From: Eledone cirrhosa
Lineage: Eukaryota
Length of the DNA: 64,000 bases
Reading direction: 5' to 3'
Assembly: GCA_964016885.1 (NCBI GenBank)
Contig: OZ024741.1
Span: 291,462,001-291,526,000, forward strand
In this document: piece after piece, positions 1 to 12,330 of the stretch
Layout of the letters: every line of letters starts with the position of its first letter
Numbering within the stretch: position 1 is the stretch's first letter
Notes under the pieces: generated by a model
The model's database searches: none
What the model saw: only the letters and a program-made list of their open reading frames with translations
Told to the model about the DNA's origin: nothing
Program-made: the position numbers and the translations under genes

Positions 1-418
1 AATCCCGCCGAGGTTGACTTTGCCTTTCATCCTTACGGGGTCGATAAAATAAAGTACCAGTAATGCACTGGGTTATGGCTGGCCTTGTGCCTAAAGTAGA
101 AACAATTATTATTTTAAATGAGGTTAACTTTGCCTTTCATCCTTACAGGGTTGATAAAATAAAGTACCAGTAATGTACTGGGTATTTGCTGGCCTTGTGC
201 CAATAGTAGAAACAATTATTTTAAATGGTGGGGGATTGCAGTATCGGTAGAGGGTCTGACACCATGCTTTTCAGCATAGATTTATTCCCTTTACTGACTG
301 AGTTCAAATCCCGCCGAGATTAACTTTGCCTTTCATCCTTACGAGGTCGATAACATAAAGTACCAGTAATGCACTGGGATAATTGTTGGCCTTGTGCCAA
401 AAGTAGAAACAATTATTT
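1..418 (+). mobile_element. Three tandem tRNA-derived SINE copies (two partial, one full at ~226-418)
   Basis: B-box GAGTTCAAATCC in the full copy, central core CTTTCATCCTTACGGGGTCGATAAAATAAAGTACCAG and tail GGCCTTGTGCC..AAGTAGAAACAATTATT, all shared with many other copies in the window. Confidence 0.9.
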
Positions 419-664
419 TAAATTTATTCCGATTTATTCAATTCCTTTTTCATAGTATTTTTCTTGTGTAGACTCAAGACCTCACATTTCAGGGACGGTA
501 TATTAGTTTAACCGGACCATAGTTTTTGCTTGTAATACATTTTAACGATAGGGAAATATGAAAAGCAGTGCTGACCTCGATATGTAAAGGGTTTTAACTA
601 TATACTGCAAAGTAGTTTGTTTTCCCACCTGTCGACTCTTTCTATCTAGTGACTGCATTCATAA

Positions 665-830
665 TAATAATTTCTAATATTAGCACCAGCCTCAAAACTT
701 TATAGGAAAGATGTAGTCGATTGAATCGACCCGATTATATAACATGGATTCTATGTTATCAACCCAAGCAGAATAAGAAGCAAAGTCGAACTCGGTGTGT
801 TTTGAACTCAAATCGAAAAGTAACTTAACT
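665..830 (-). mobile_element. Diverged SINE copy
   Basis: Weak reverse-complement match to the SINE core and B-box (aagcaaagtcgaactcggtgtgttttgaactca). Confidence 0.55.
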
Positions 831-1324
831 AAATATCACGTTTTATTATACTCGCCAATCCTGCTAAAATACGCGATATTATTAATATGTTTATTAGGGC
901 ATAAGGTCAAAACATTCAGGGGAATTTAGAAATGTTATTAATTAATTTATCCTCGGTACTGTATTGATACATATTTGTTAAACAGAAGGTTGAATGGAAC
1001 CCTGGGTTTTAGAGGGATTAAAATTCACAATGTAAAGGGGCATAATAAATTATCGCCTGGTTGTTAATCCTCCATTCCACTGATCTTGTTATTCTATACT
1101 TTAGTAACAAACGTATCAACACTACGATGTTGTGAATCAATGTGAATATGGAAATCTTGTGCAATACTTATTATAACGCAGGTTATGTAACTATAGCTAT
1201 ATACAGGTTGGGTCATAGTTACCTTACTCGCTAACTGTGATGTATGTGTAGACCTGTAACTCATGGTGGAGTCGTATGGGCACCGGCGTATCTAGAGCAT
1301 CTTTAACCTGGAGTGATGCATTTT

Positions 1325-1870
1325 TGTTCGACTCCGAAAAGATAAAAGGCAAAGTTGAGCTCGGTGGGATTTGAACTCGGAGCACAGAAAGACAGAACGA
1401 ATACCACAAAGCATACTATCCGACATTCTTACAACTCTGCCAATTATTGATAGAAATACGAAGAAAAAAGAAATCATACTGATATGAAACTTTATTCCCA
1501 AAGTTACACATGGAAACTTCATATAAGTTTATATTGATACACGACAACCTGCTGGAAAAAGTACCCGAGCGCGAAATGGATTATATCGACCGCCGTACTT
1601 CATTGGTACCTTATTTCATTGACCCTGGGTGGATGAAAAGCAAAATTCATTTCGGTGAGATTTGAACTCGAAACATAAAAAGCCAGAACAAATACTGACA
1701 AATGTTTCGCAGTATTTCTTCAAGCGTTTTACGTTCTGAGTTCTAATTCCACCAAGGACAACTTGTCATCCTTCCAAGGTAGATAAAATAAAGTAGCAAT
1801 CAAGTACTTGGCGGTGAGGTGTTGACATAAACGATTGTCCTCTCCGTACAACTGGCTGGTTCTGTGCCTA
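1325..1870. mobile_element. Cluster of old SINE fragments (two minus, one plus)
   Basis: aaaggcaaagttgagctcggtgggatttgaactc (~1345), ggatgaaaagcaaa..gatttgaactcg (~1630), ctgagttctaattccaccaagg..catccttccaaggtagataaaataaagtagc (~1735). Confidence 0.65.
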
Positions 1871-2299
1871 AATGAAAGGGTATTTTCCCCTTGCATTTCT
1901 GTTATTCTTTTGTAGGTCGTGTTCTGCTTTACTGTTCGTTGATCAAGCACTTTTGTTTATGGTTTGCTGGTTTTCGTTGGTAGGGCTGTGTAAATGAACT
2001 ATTGAACTAATCTTGTTTTTCATGGTTTGTTAATCAGCGCCTTGTTTATGCTTTTGTTGAAATGTGTTTTCTCTGCGCATAAAAATATCTTAGTGTGTAT
2101 CTCTGAATGTGAGTATCATTTTGCGAACGTGGCTTGAATTAACTGTTTGTAGTTCCATTTATTTGAGTGTCTGTGTACTTATTTTTATATATCACTGTTC
2201 CTACCACTGTAGCAGTATTATTGGTTGTCTACCCTGTTTGAAAATAAATATATTTTGGTGTTTGCATCACGATGTGTATTTGATCTCATGTTTACCAAG

Positions 2300-3360
2300 C
2301 GTGTGATGTGTATGAGGATTGTGTATTCCCTGCAATGCTTAGAGGGCATGTTTTAGAACCATTTATATAAGCGGGGCCAGAGTTCATTATTTCTCACTTT
2401 GTGACTGCGTTTATACTACTTTCCTTTAAATCCAAGATGTGCTTTCAGCAGGATGTTGCACTTCGTCTTTTAATGTACCGGCATCAACGACTTCGGTTTG
2501 AATATATGACTTTGAAGGTTCCACTAATTTTACTCATGTAATTCTTCTTTCTATCTGTCATTCTTGCCAAGTTGTAGACTACATCCTTTTTGCCGTAGCC
2601 TTAGTCCGCTGCAACTGGTTAATGGGGCCAAACATTATGTGTTTCTATATGTATTTTGGAATAGTGATTCTATAGCAAGCGTTACGTAATTTTCTTTTTT
2701 CCTTTTCTGTACAGCTGTAGCTAACATTTACATTTTACTATTAAATAGCTTACGGTAGTTATGATTAGTGATAGGAATATTTGCGTCACGTTCACTAGTA
2801 CATTTATGCTAAAGAGGCGGGTGTAAACCTGGTAATTTTCTTTTGCTGTTTTATTTTTATTTTTTCTCCGTGTGTGTGAGTTTAGATACGTATCTCAATT
2901 CTTATAGAATGTTTACTGCTCTATGACAAAATTTTACTAGCAACTTTGTGGAGATTCTCTGACTCATGTTGATGACCTGGGTTTCAATAATTGATGGTTG
3001 GTTGGAATTAGAATATACAGGGAAGTCTCTCGTTAGTTTTCGGTAAGGGTATTATTTTTTTGTATTCTGTTATTCTGTTATCCATGTATTTTACAATGAA
3101 TACCTTTGTGTGGTTATTTTGAGATTAAACACTTGGATGGTTTGGATCAGATCTTTTTTGAATATGTCCATTTTATGTTCATTCATATTTTGTAAGTTGG
3201 CTAAGCCAGAACTCCTGTCTAAAGTTTTATTAGTTTGGGTGGATAGTTTGTTTATTTCATCTTTTCTAAAACTATCTAGAATCTCGGTAGAAATTGCTTA
3301 ATGATCATTAGATATAAAACCAATCAAAATATTGTATTGTGGAGATATTGCAGACAAACC
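2300..3360 (-). mobile_element. Highly degenerate Penelope-like element (RT C-terminus, linker, GIY-YIG; Naiad-like)
   Basis: Broken minus-strand reading gives FKKDLIQTIQVFNLKITTQ, SNSNQPSII, KKITRFTPASFSINVLVNVTQIFLSLI, YRKLFNS and PAYINGSKTCPL in the order expected for PLE ORFs; many stops and frameshifts. Confidence 0.55.
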
Positions 3361-3470
3361 CTCACAAAATGAAGATTAATGATATGATGAGATTGCTTTA
3401 ATAATCTGTTATTGTGGTTTCCAAACGTTGTTCCGCAATACACATGTGCAGCCTGAAATATAGCTAGATG

Positions 3471-3532
<62 letters not shown>

Positions 3533-3535
<3 letters not shown>

Positions 3536-4130
3536 TCTCTCACCTTCTTTCGCCCCCTCTGTCAGTTACACTTTCTCTTGACTGACCGCTTCCTCGCACT
3601 TCCACTCACTCACTCTCTGTTTCTCCCCTTCTCACTTCCGCCCGTTTGGTTAGTAGTGGATTCTCTTCTTGCTCACATCTCACTCACGTCGGACGTCTGT
3701 ATCTTTCGCTCATGAAATCCACCCAGCTTATGCTGACCAGGACAACCATGTTGCTTGTTTTTTTTCCTTTCTTTGGTTTGCTTTTACCTTTCTATGTTGT
3801 TCACTTGTCCCCCTCGCTTTACGCGATTTACTGGTCCCAATAACTTTTTTTAGTTATTGCTCGCACCAACCTGAAGTATATGATTTTTAATGCGATGAAA
3901 TACCAATGATGGTTGGAAAATCACTGACAAAGGACTATTTTTATCATATGTAACCCATGTGCAATCACGCAGTATTCTTCTTTCTTCTCATGTTTTTTTA
4001 ATATATATATATATATATATGTGTGTGGGAATGTGATGAAATACCAATGATGGTTGGAAAATCACTGACGAAGGACTATTTTTATAATATGTAACCCATG
4101 TGCAACCACGCAGTATTCTTCTTTCTTCTC

Positions 4131-4138
<8 letters not shown>
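3533..4138 (+). repeat. Interspersed repeat between (TA)n tracts, with a ~105-bp 3' duplication; homologous to 57637-58083
   Basis: Shared cttcctcgcacttccactcactcactctctgtttctcccct and gatgaaatacca..gttgg..aaatcactga; 3894-3996 is repeated at 4035-4137. Confidence 0.85.
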
Positions 4139-4179
<41 letters not shown>

Positions 4180-4394
4180 AATGTGCTCAAGCTCAGAAGT
4201 GATATAAAGATAGCTTATATATAAAATAAGTTGAACCTTAAAAGCCGGGAAAAGACGTTGCCATCGCTTAAAAGCCGAAAATTCAGTTTTGTACATTGTT
4301 TATTTATGTTTATAATGTGAAAAATACAAACTGAAATTTTCAATAAGCCTTGATAGCTCCCCGCATTATTAATTGAAAAAATTAATTGAAAAAA

Positions 4395-4585
4395 GGGCGC
4401 TGAATTGGCAGTATCGATAGAAAGGTTGGGCGCCATGCTTTCTAGCATAGTTGCACCCCTTTACGATCTGAGTTCAAATCCCGTCGAGGTTAACTTTACC
4501 TTTCATCCTTACGGGGTCGATAAATAACGTACCAGTAATGCACTGAGTAATTGCTGGCATTGTGCCAAATGTAGAAATAATTATT
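4395..4585 (+). mobile_element. Full-length tRNA-derived SINE
   Basis: A-box-like TGGCAGTATCGA, B-box GAGTTCAAATCC, core and tail. Confidence 0.9.
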
Positions 4586-4994
4586 AATTGAAAAAATAAG
4601 TAAGTACTGAATAGATTTCTGTCTTTTTGTTAGTTATTTATATTTATAAGATAAAATATATTAAAATAGTATTTAATACATTTCTTCGTTTCGTATACAA
4701 AGTATGACAAAATATTTTCATTTGCTCAAAAGTACGCCAAGAATAAAACAAAATTGGCGATTCACTGACTTATAGCCTTCCCTAAAAGATATTATATATA
4801 TCCAACCCCACCCCATCTTCCATCATTGTAAGATAATATGTTAGTCTCTTCATTGAAGCGCAAAGTTGACAATGACTAAAACATTCAACTCTATACGTAT
4901 TTAGAGGTGACCAACTTCGGCTGTGAGTAAAGCGTGAAAAATTCACAATTTCTGCTCACCCTTCTTCATTTACTCTAACTACTACTACTACTAC

Positions 4995-5042
<48 letters not shown>

Positions 5043-5660
5043 TTCTTCTCCTTTTCTTGTTATATAACTATCTATCTATCTATCTATCTGACTATTTATC
5101 TATATAAAGATATCTATATATCTACCTCTACCTAATACACCACATCCCTTTTTGCTTCTACTTTACTAATATCTAACTCTTACACCCCCACTACACTTTC
5201 ACAACACTACTCTATTCCCTAATGCTATCCTACCTCTTACTCTACCCCCTACTCAACATCCTACTCTACAAATATGCTACTTCTTACTGCAAATTTAGAT
5301 CAATCAATGTGTTCTTGAAATACTGAATTCCAACCGTGATCATCACATCAGTTTTACGACGACGCTCTCCAATGTGTCCGAACTTTTTTTTTATTCTTCT
5401 CAAATGATTGAGAATATAAACTAAGGGTCATTTTTAGTTGTTACTTCTAGATATGTATAGTCTCCCTCGCTGGGCTTGAAATGATAACAACAACAACAAC
5501 GGCAACGGCAACAATAACAACAACAACGAGGAAACTTCTACGATATCATTCGATCTACTAGATATATCAACCAATTCTCTCTCAAACATACACCTTGCTA
5601 AAGTCATAGTTGGTCGTATAGTTCTATATATATACATTATATCCTCAACATCTTAATTTG

Positions 5661-5697
<37 letters not shown>

Positions 5698-6494
5698 TGT
5701 AATAAACAACATAAGACAATTATTCCATTTACCAAAGGTTTCACGAAGACAGACGAGCTTGACACAGACGTCTGAAATCGTTCGTCAGAATTTATATATA
5801 TATATATATATATATTATGCCCGATCAAAAGGCAGGATGGTCGTGATGATAACACTCGATCAAAGGTTTGCTCTGTCAGAGCTATCCTGGGGCTAAACAA
5901 CATCTTTAGTTTTAAGTTTATGTGGTAGTGATTCATTGAAGAAGAACTTCGCCTTATATCTTATTTCAAGAATACAAACATACATAGAAAAAAATACAAG
6001 TAAACAAATCTAATCAAGAGATAAAATATGATTTAAAAAAAAAGAATCTATAAAAAGCCGTGAGAGATAATACGGTGGTATGAGGGTAAAGGAAGAGTGG
6101 GGGGGGGTTAGGGTATCATGGTGGTGATGTACAGCCTGGATACCACCACCTGGTGAATGGAAGTAAATAATATTAGAATAGATTTATGTATGTGTGCATA
6201 AATGTTATGTTAATGTATGTCTATCTGTTTGTCTCTGTGTGTGTTTGTAAATTCAAATGTATGTATGTATGTGTGTTTGTGTGTGTATGCGTGTTTGTGT
6301 ATTCATGTAATTGTATGTATGCATGTATATATGTATGTATGTACGCATATATGTATGTACGTATATATGTATATATGTATGTATGCATGTATGTATGTAC
6401 GCATGTGTGTACGCATGTATGTATGTATGTATGTATGTATGTATGTATGTATGTATGTATGTATGTATGTATGTATGTATGTATAAGTACATCA

Positions 6495-7353
6495 TCTATA
6501 TATCTAAAACAGGGAATGTCTGTCTGTCTGATTCCCTAAAACTCGAGAACCCCCCAACCGATCTTTTTCAAACCTTACACATGTAATACATATGGTCGTG
6601 GGAGTGTTTTGAGCTAAAAATATTTCAAATTGTCAGTGCCCTAGGGACTGCATTAGGCAGCTATAACGTCGCACCCTTAAAATATATGTCTGTGTGTCTG
6701 GCTGTCTGCATTATGACATTATGACACTATCTGTGTGTGTGTGTATATATGTATATATAGTGTTTGTGTATATATAGTGTGTAACGTTTTTCGAAATATT
6801 TACTTCTGCCTTCACAGATTAATTTTTTTTAGTTTCAGAAAGGTGAAAGTTTCGTTTAGGGTGAAAGCAGCGATTCTTCGCTTAAACTTTAATCTGTTAT
6901 TTTGATATATATATAAAATTATATATTCGTGTACAGATATTTTTGCATACACAATAACAAAATATAAACAAACGTATTTATTTCACGAGGCTCGATAAGG
7001 ATAAATATATACCAAATATATAAGAACCCTATAGCAAATATTGTTCTCATTGCTGACGAGCAGAAGGGGATATATACGATTGGCTGAAGAAGAACGAGAC
7101 TGTGTTAGTAGTTCGACCAACGGCTGCTATCACACCAACAGCAGCAAAAACAACAAAAAAGAGAGGGAACGCAATTACATGCATTTGAAAAATCTTAATG
7201 GAAAATTATTTGCCAATTCACCCAAGGTGACTTCACTTTTTGTTAGGACTTCTGCACCAATTGGTGAACATACGACGAAACTGTTTCAGAAAGGAGGGAT
7301 AAACATGCCAATCTATGTTTAGAATCCCGAGCAACGCTGGGCCATTCTGCTAG
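6495..7353 (+). mobile_element. Non-autonomous Helitron
   Basis: 5' A|TCTATATATCTAAAA..(gtct)n, 3' hairpin cccgagcaacgctggg (7326-7341) followed by CTAG|T; A/T target with no TSD. Confidence 0.75.
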
Positions 7354-7371
7354 TTATCATTAAAATAATTT

Positions 7372-7409
<38 letters not shown>

Positions 7410-7417
<8 letters not shown>

Positions 7418-8015
7418 TAAAACATGTCTATAGAATCACAAGATAAAATATATACTATTTCCTTTCCCAATTAGCATAATTAACTATATAAAAAATCGAA
7501 TAGACCAGGCTATACGAATGAGGCTTCTATGAAGGAATCTCCGACAAATAACCAAAACTAGCGCTTCGCGTCGGCCGTAGCGGAATATTTAACGAATATT
7601 TCGACAGCGTAATCGCCTAGATGTAGTCAACTAAACAGAATTAGGTTTAAAATAAACTAGGAGAAAATAGAATACATTTATAGAGGTATTTAATAAAGGT
7701 ATTTAAATGTATTCTATTTTCTCCTATTTTCTCCTAGTTTATTTTCTCCTAGTTTATTTTCTCCTAGTTTATTTTAAACCTAATTCTGTTTAGTTGACTA
7801 CATCTAGGCGATTACTCTGCCGAAATATTCGATAAATATTCCGCTACGGCCGACGCGAAGCGCTAGTTTTGGTTATTTGTCGGAGATTCCTTCATAGAAG
7901 CCTCATTCGTATAGCCTGGTCTATTCGATTTTTTATATAGTTAATTATGCTAATTGGGAGAGGAAATAGTATATATTTTATCTTGTGATTCTATAGACAT
8001 GTTTTATGATATATA
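7410..8015. repeat. ~600-bp fold-back (inverted repeat) abutting (TA)n
   Basis: 7410-7680 is the near-perfect reverse complement of ~7702-8015; stuttered ttttctcctagttta copies near the apex. Confidence 0.95.
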
Positions 8016-8130
8016 GCTCTGATTGTTTAATTTATTAATTTTTCATTGAGCCACATAGTAACCAGTTGCAAAACACGTATATGTATGTGTATGTATATAT
8101 ATATGTAAACTTTTATATATATATATATAT

Positions 8131-8335
8131 CTAAGGCGGGTAAAATTCCCGAGATCCATGGACGAGTTCTCTCCAGCGGTCTCTGTCTCTCATTATCGCT
8201 GCCATGTCCTGCGTCTCCAACAGACCAGTGTCTGTCCTTAGGGCATGAACATACGTTAACCTTGGTCTTCCTCTTCTAGTGTGTCCATGTGGGGGCTCCC
8301 AAAGGAGCACTGAGTGCAATGTCAACTCTGGATGT
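8131..8335 (-). mobile_element. RTE-clade LINE 3' fragment
   Basis: [32 protein letters not shown], a typical RTE C-terminus; flanked by (TA)n. Confidence 0.8.
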
Positions 8336-8367
8336 TAAAATATATATATATATATAAATAAATAAAT

Positions 8368-8465
<98 letters not shown>

Positions 8466-8586
8466 ATATATATATAATGAATAAAGTTAATATATCTGAG
8501 GGTACAAGGTACCCCCAGAAATACATAGGTTGTCTATGATTCAAGGTGGTTCTATGGTAATAATTTGATATACCAGAACTTAATAT

Positions 8587-8953
8587 CAAGATAAGCAGAA
8601 CAAGCAAAATTCAACTAATTTTTCAAAATAAATCAAAATTAATTTACAATTAAAATTAATCAAAAATTAAAAAATATAATATAAATATTTACCTATTCAA
8701 ATAGCCCTTACTGTACAGTTTATCGTTCCTGAGGTTTTTAACCCTAGGAAAGGAAAATGCTTCTCTGATGATCTTTGTTTTTCCATTAATATCCATGTGA
8801 TATCTAATGTTTTGCAAAGTGAAACTGTACAGTAAGGGCTATTTGAATAGGTAAATATTTATATTATATTTTTTAATTTTGATTAATTTTAATTGTAAAT
8901 TAATTTTGATTTATTTTGAAAAATTAGTTGAATTTTGCTTGTTCTGCTTATCT

Positions 8954-8956
<3 letters not shown>
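8587..8956. repeat. Inverted repeat with ~134-bp arms, ending in (TA)n
   Basis: 8587-8720 is the reverse complement of 8822-8956. Confidence 0.95.
8759..8839 (+). ncRNA. Type I hammerhead ribozyme motif (imperfect stem I)
   Basis: gcttct-CTGATGA-t-ctttg..caaag-t-GAAA-ctgtacag-TA-agggc; palindromic stem III ACTGTACAGT. Confidence 0.65.
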
Positions 8957-8991
<35 letters not shown>

Positions 8992-8994
<3 letters not shown>

Positions 8995-9312
8995 TAGAAT
9001 CTCAGTTCACGAATTTAATTCGTTCCTGAAGCCCGTTCGTTACTGAAAGTGTTCATAAACCGAAACTATTTTTCCCATACGAAATGTTCAGACAGAAATA
9101 CAGTGAGAGAAAGACTGTATGTGAAAGATATCACCATAGTAATTAAATACAAAGCTAGTGACAATAATCCCAGCTTGTCGCCAACCGCTGTTGCCGGTAG
9201 CGTATTCGTTACTCCAGACACTTTTCGTCAGTCGAGACGTTTTATGTTTGGAAAAATTCTTCGTGAACCGATTTGTTCGTGATAAGAAGTGCTCGTGAAC
9301 CGAGATTCAAAT
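8992..9312. mobile_element. Tigger/pogo-type MITE
   Basis: TIRs cagtagaatctcagttcacga / tcgtgaaccgagattca, in TA context. Confidence 0.75.
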
Positions 9313-9566
9313 ATATATATATATTTACTTAGAAATGGAATGAAAGCACAAACAAGGGACAGGTCCCCATTTCAGTTGTGAGATGGGGTCTCGGTCGTTT
9401 CAATGAATTAAAGACAATAGGTCTGTCCCCAGTGCGTCAATAACTTAGGAAGTTATTGGGGAAAGAAAAAAGATAGAGAAAATATATTAAACAGAATTGA
9501 AAAAAAGAAGAAAAAATGGCAGAAAACATGCTGCTAGAGAGGCGTGAAGACGGGAAGCAGCACATG

Positions 9567-10224
9567 TTGTGTATTGAGAGAGAGGTCGTAGTAGCAGCAG
9601 CAGCAGCAGTGTTGGTTGTGGTGTTTCTACACATGGAGCAACATTGTTTCTAGGGACAAAGTAAATATTCTGTAAATATATGTGTGTATCACAATTTTGT
9701 TAGTGGACTGGTCAAGAGTCAGTTGGGGGTGAGGGGGGAATTTTAAGCTAGAGACAAATTCTATGGGATTGGCAACAGTAGGTTTGTAGAAGAAATTCTA
9801 TTTTGGGGATATGGTTTAAAAGAGTGTGTGTGTACGTACGTACGTGTGAGAGTGTATATGTAAAGAGATAAACACACGCGTGTGTGTGTATGTGTGTGCG
9901 TGTGTATGTGTGTGTGAGGAGGGAGTGTGGTGTGTGTGTGCTTCAGCCTGTCTGTCACAGGTCCCTTTGTGGCGGGAAATGAAAAAAGGGAAAAATATCT
10001 ATGAGAATTTGTTCTCTCTTATATCGTGGTGTGTGTGGGGGGGGGGGGGATCTAATGGGATTACATATTTAATTTTGGTTTAAATTTGTTAATATTTTTC
10101 TTTATTTAAGGTTCCAGTCATATTAATGTTTTTCTTTATTTATTCTTTGTTATTGAGTGAAAGTATCGGGGCACTTGTAAATGAGTTAGATTTTAAAGTT
10201 AGGGAGGGTCATTCCTGCACAATT

Positions 10225-10259
<35 letters not shown>

Positions 10260-10936
10260 TGCTCCCGGCGAGGTTAGACGTGTTTTTTTCTTCGCTGTTA
10301 ATAAGGTAAAGTAACCAGTGAGAAGAGAGAGAGGAAGTTAAATTGGCGGTTCGGCATAAGCCCGGAGCCTTATTAACAGCGAAGAAGAAACACGTCTAAC
10401 CTCGCATATATATATGCAGATTGTGCAGGCATGACCCTACCCAACTTTAAAATCTTACCCATTTACAAGTGCCCTGATTATGTCACTCAATAACAAAGAA
10501 TAAATAAATAAAAACATTAATATGACTGGACACCTTAAATAAAGAAAAGTTTTAACAAATTTAAACCAAAATTAAATATGTAATCACCCCATTAGATTCT
10601 CTCTCTCTCTCTGTCTCTCCAATACACACACACACTCGTGTGTGTATCTTTTTACATATACACTCTCACGCGTACACACTCACACTCTCTTAAACCATAT
10701 CCCCAAAATAGATTTTCTTTTATAAACCTACTGTTGCCAATCCCATAGAATTTGTCTCTAGCTTAAAATTCTCCCCTCACCCCCAACTGACTCTTGACCA
10801 GTCCACTAACACAATTGAGATACACACATATATTTACAGAATATTTACTTTGTCCCTAGAAACAATTTTGCTCCATGTGTAGAAACACAACTACCAACAC
10901 TGCTGCTGATACTACGACATCTCTCTATATACACAA
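9567..10936. repeat. ~1.37-kb imperfect fold-back
   Basis: 9567-10306 is the reverse complement of 10368-10936 (for example gtggactggtcaagagtcagttgggggtgagggg / cccctcacccccaactgactcttgaccagtccac); 61-nt loop; indels between arms. Confidence 0.95.
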
Positions 10937-11155
10937 GAGTTCATTTTACAGTCTCCGTCTCAAAAAAAAAAAAGTTTACCTCAACACTTAATTTTAAATT
11001 TTAAATTTTTAGTTTTTAATCCTTATTAATTCTTTTTAATTGTAATATTCAATATTTGATAAGATGAATTTTACTAATACATCGAAACCGGTTATAGTTT
11101 ATATATTTTATATACATTATAAAACTCTTTTTTTAAAAGAATTGTCCCTCTCATT

Positions 11156-11379
11156 TTTTCAATAATGTCACTTTGACGAATCAAAGAAAGATAAAAAAAA
11201 AAGAAAAAACAGACCTTAATTATATTTTCAGTGCTATTGTCAACTAATACCTCTCTATAAGGTTCTATATAAAACAGTGGTTATAGAGAGGTATTAGTTG
11301 ATAATAGCACTGAAAATATAATTAAGGGTCTGTTTTTTCTTTATCTTTCTTTGATTCGTCAAAGTGACATTATTGAAAA
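11156..11379. repeat. Fold-back with ~100-bp arms and a 20-nt loop
   Basis: 11156-11260 is the reverse complement of 11281-11379. Confidence 0.95.
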
Positions 11380-11398
11380 CGTATTAATGTAACATAAT

Positions 11399-11581
11399 TG
11401 TTTCTACTTTAGGCACAAGGCCAGTAATTACCCAGTACATTACTGGTACTTTATTTTATCGACCCCGTAAGGATGAAAGGCAAAGTTAACCTCGGCGGGA
11501 TTTGAACTCAGATTGTAAAGGGACATAACTATGCTGGAAAGCATAGCGTCCGACCCTCTACCGATACTGCCAATCCACCGC
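11399..11581 (-). mobile_element. Full-length SINE with target-site duplication
   Basis: Complete SINE; direct repeat gtaacataat at 11389-11398 and 11582-11591. Confidence 0.92.
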
Positions 11582-11591
11582 GTAACATAAT

Positions 11592-11934
11592 AAAGGTTTA
11601 TTATACTATGATCATTTCAGTGACCCGGTTCAGTATGAATCCGGTAACATCATCAGGTATTCGAAATTTAACAAAGGAATATAATAGACAAAATCCATGG
11701 GGCTGAAAATCCGAGACATGAGGGTGGCCGAACGTTTAGCAGCTTCTTTCCCGGTCAGCCGCCCTCAAGTCTCGGGCTAGAAGCTGCTAAATGTTCGGCC
11801 GCCCTCATGTCTCTGCTTTTCAGCCCCATGGATTTTGTCTATTATATTCCTTTGTTAAATTTCGAATACCTGATGATGTTACCGGATTCATACTGAACCC
11901 GGTCACTGAAATGATCATAGTATAATAAACCTTT
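11592..11934. repeat. Fold-back with ~155-bp arms carrying an HHR in each arm
   Basis: 11592-11747 is the reverse complement of 11779-11934. Confidence 0.95.
11866..11923 (+). ncRNA. Minimal type I hammerhead ribozyme (mirror copy on minus at ~11603-11660)
   Basis: atac-CTGATGA-t-gttaccgg..ccggtcac-t-GAAA-tgatca-TA-gtat; palindromic stem III ATGATCAT; predicted cut after 11919. Confidence 0.8.
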
Positions 11935-12135
11935 TAAGGAATTACACCAGTCCAGCCTCCTGTTATTTTATAATAATTAACTCTGTTCTCGCACCACCAA
12001 CAACACAAACGAAGACGGGTGAGTTGCATTACATCGAGTGCTCTCCCTAATATTACATCGAGGTTGACCATATGGAATGATCAGTTCTATCCAGTGGTGA
12101 ACCAACAAACCTTAAATAATAAATATATATATATG

Positions 12136-12187
<52 letters not shown>

Positions 12188-12292
12188 TACATCTTAAAGA
12201 AGATGCTTTATATTCATCCACCTTCGAGAATAAAAGAAAAAGCGAGTTAAAGTGAGAGATGGGGTGAGCGGGAGAGAGAGTGGGGGGGGGGG

Positions 12293-12330
<38 letters not shown>

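Noticed and set aside
226-320. tRNA genes suggested by A and B boxes
   Set aside because: They are SINE heads fused to a common core and tail; no complete cloverleaf seen
5735-5792. agacg..cgtct-gaaa..gtc HHR-like fold (similar weak cases near 48040-48130 and 55068-55110)
   Set aside because: Core too degenerate to distinguish from chance
7410-8015. Hairpins as assembly or amplification artefacts
   Set aside because: Arms differ by substitutions and indels, and several carry structured HHR motifs. A biological origin is therefore more likely, though raw reads are needed to exclude artefacts fully
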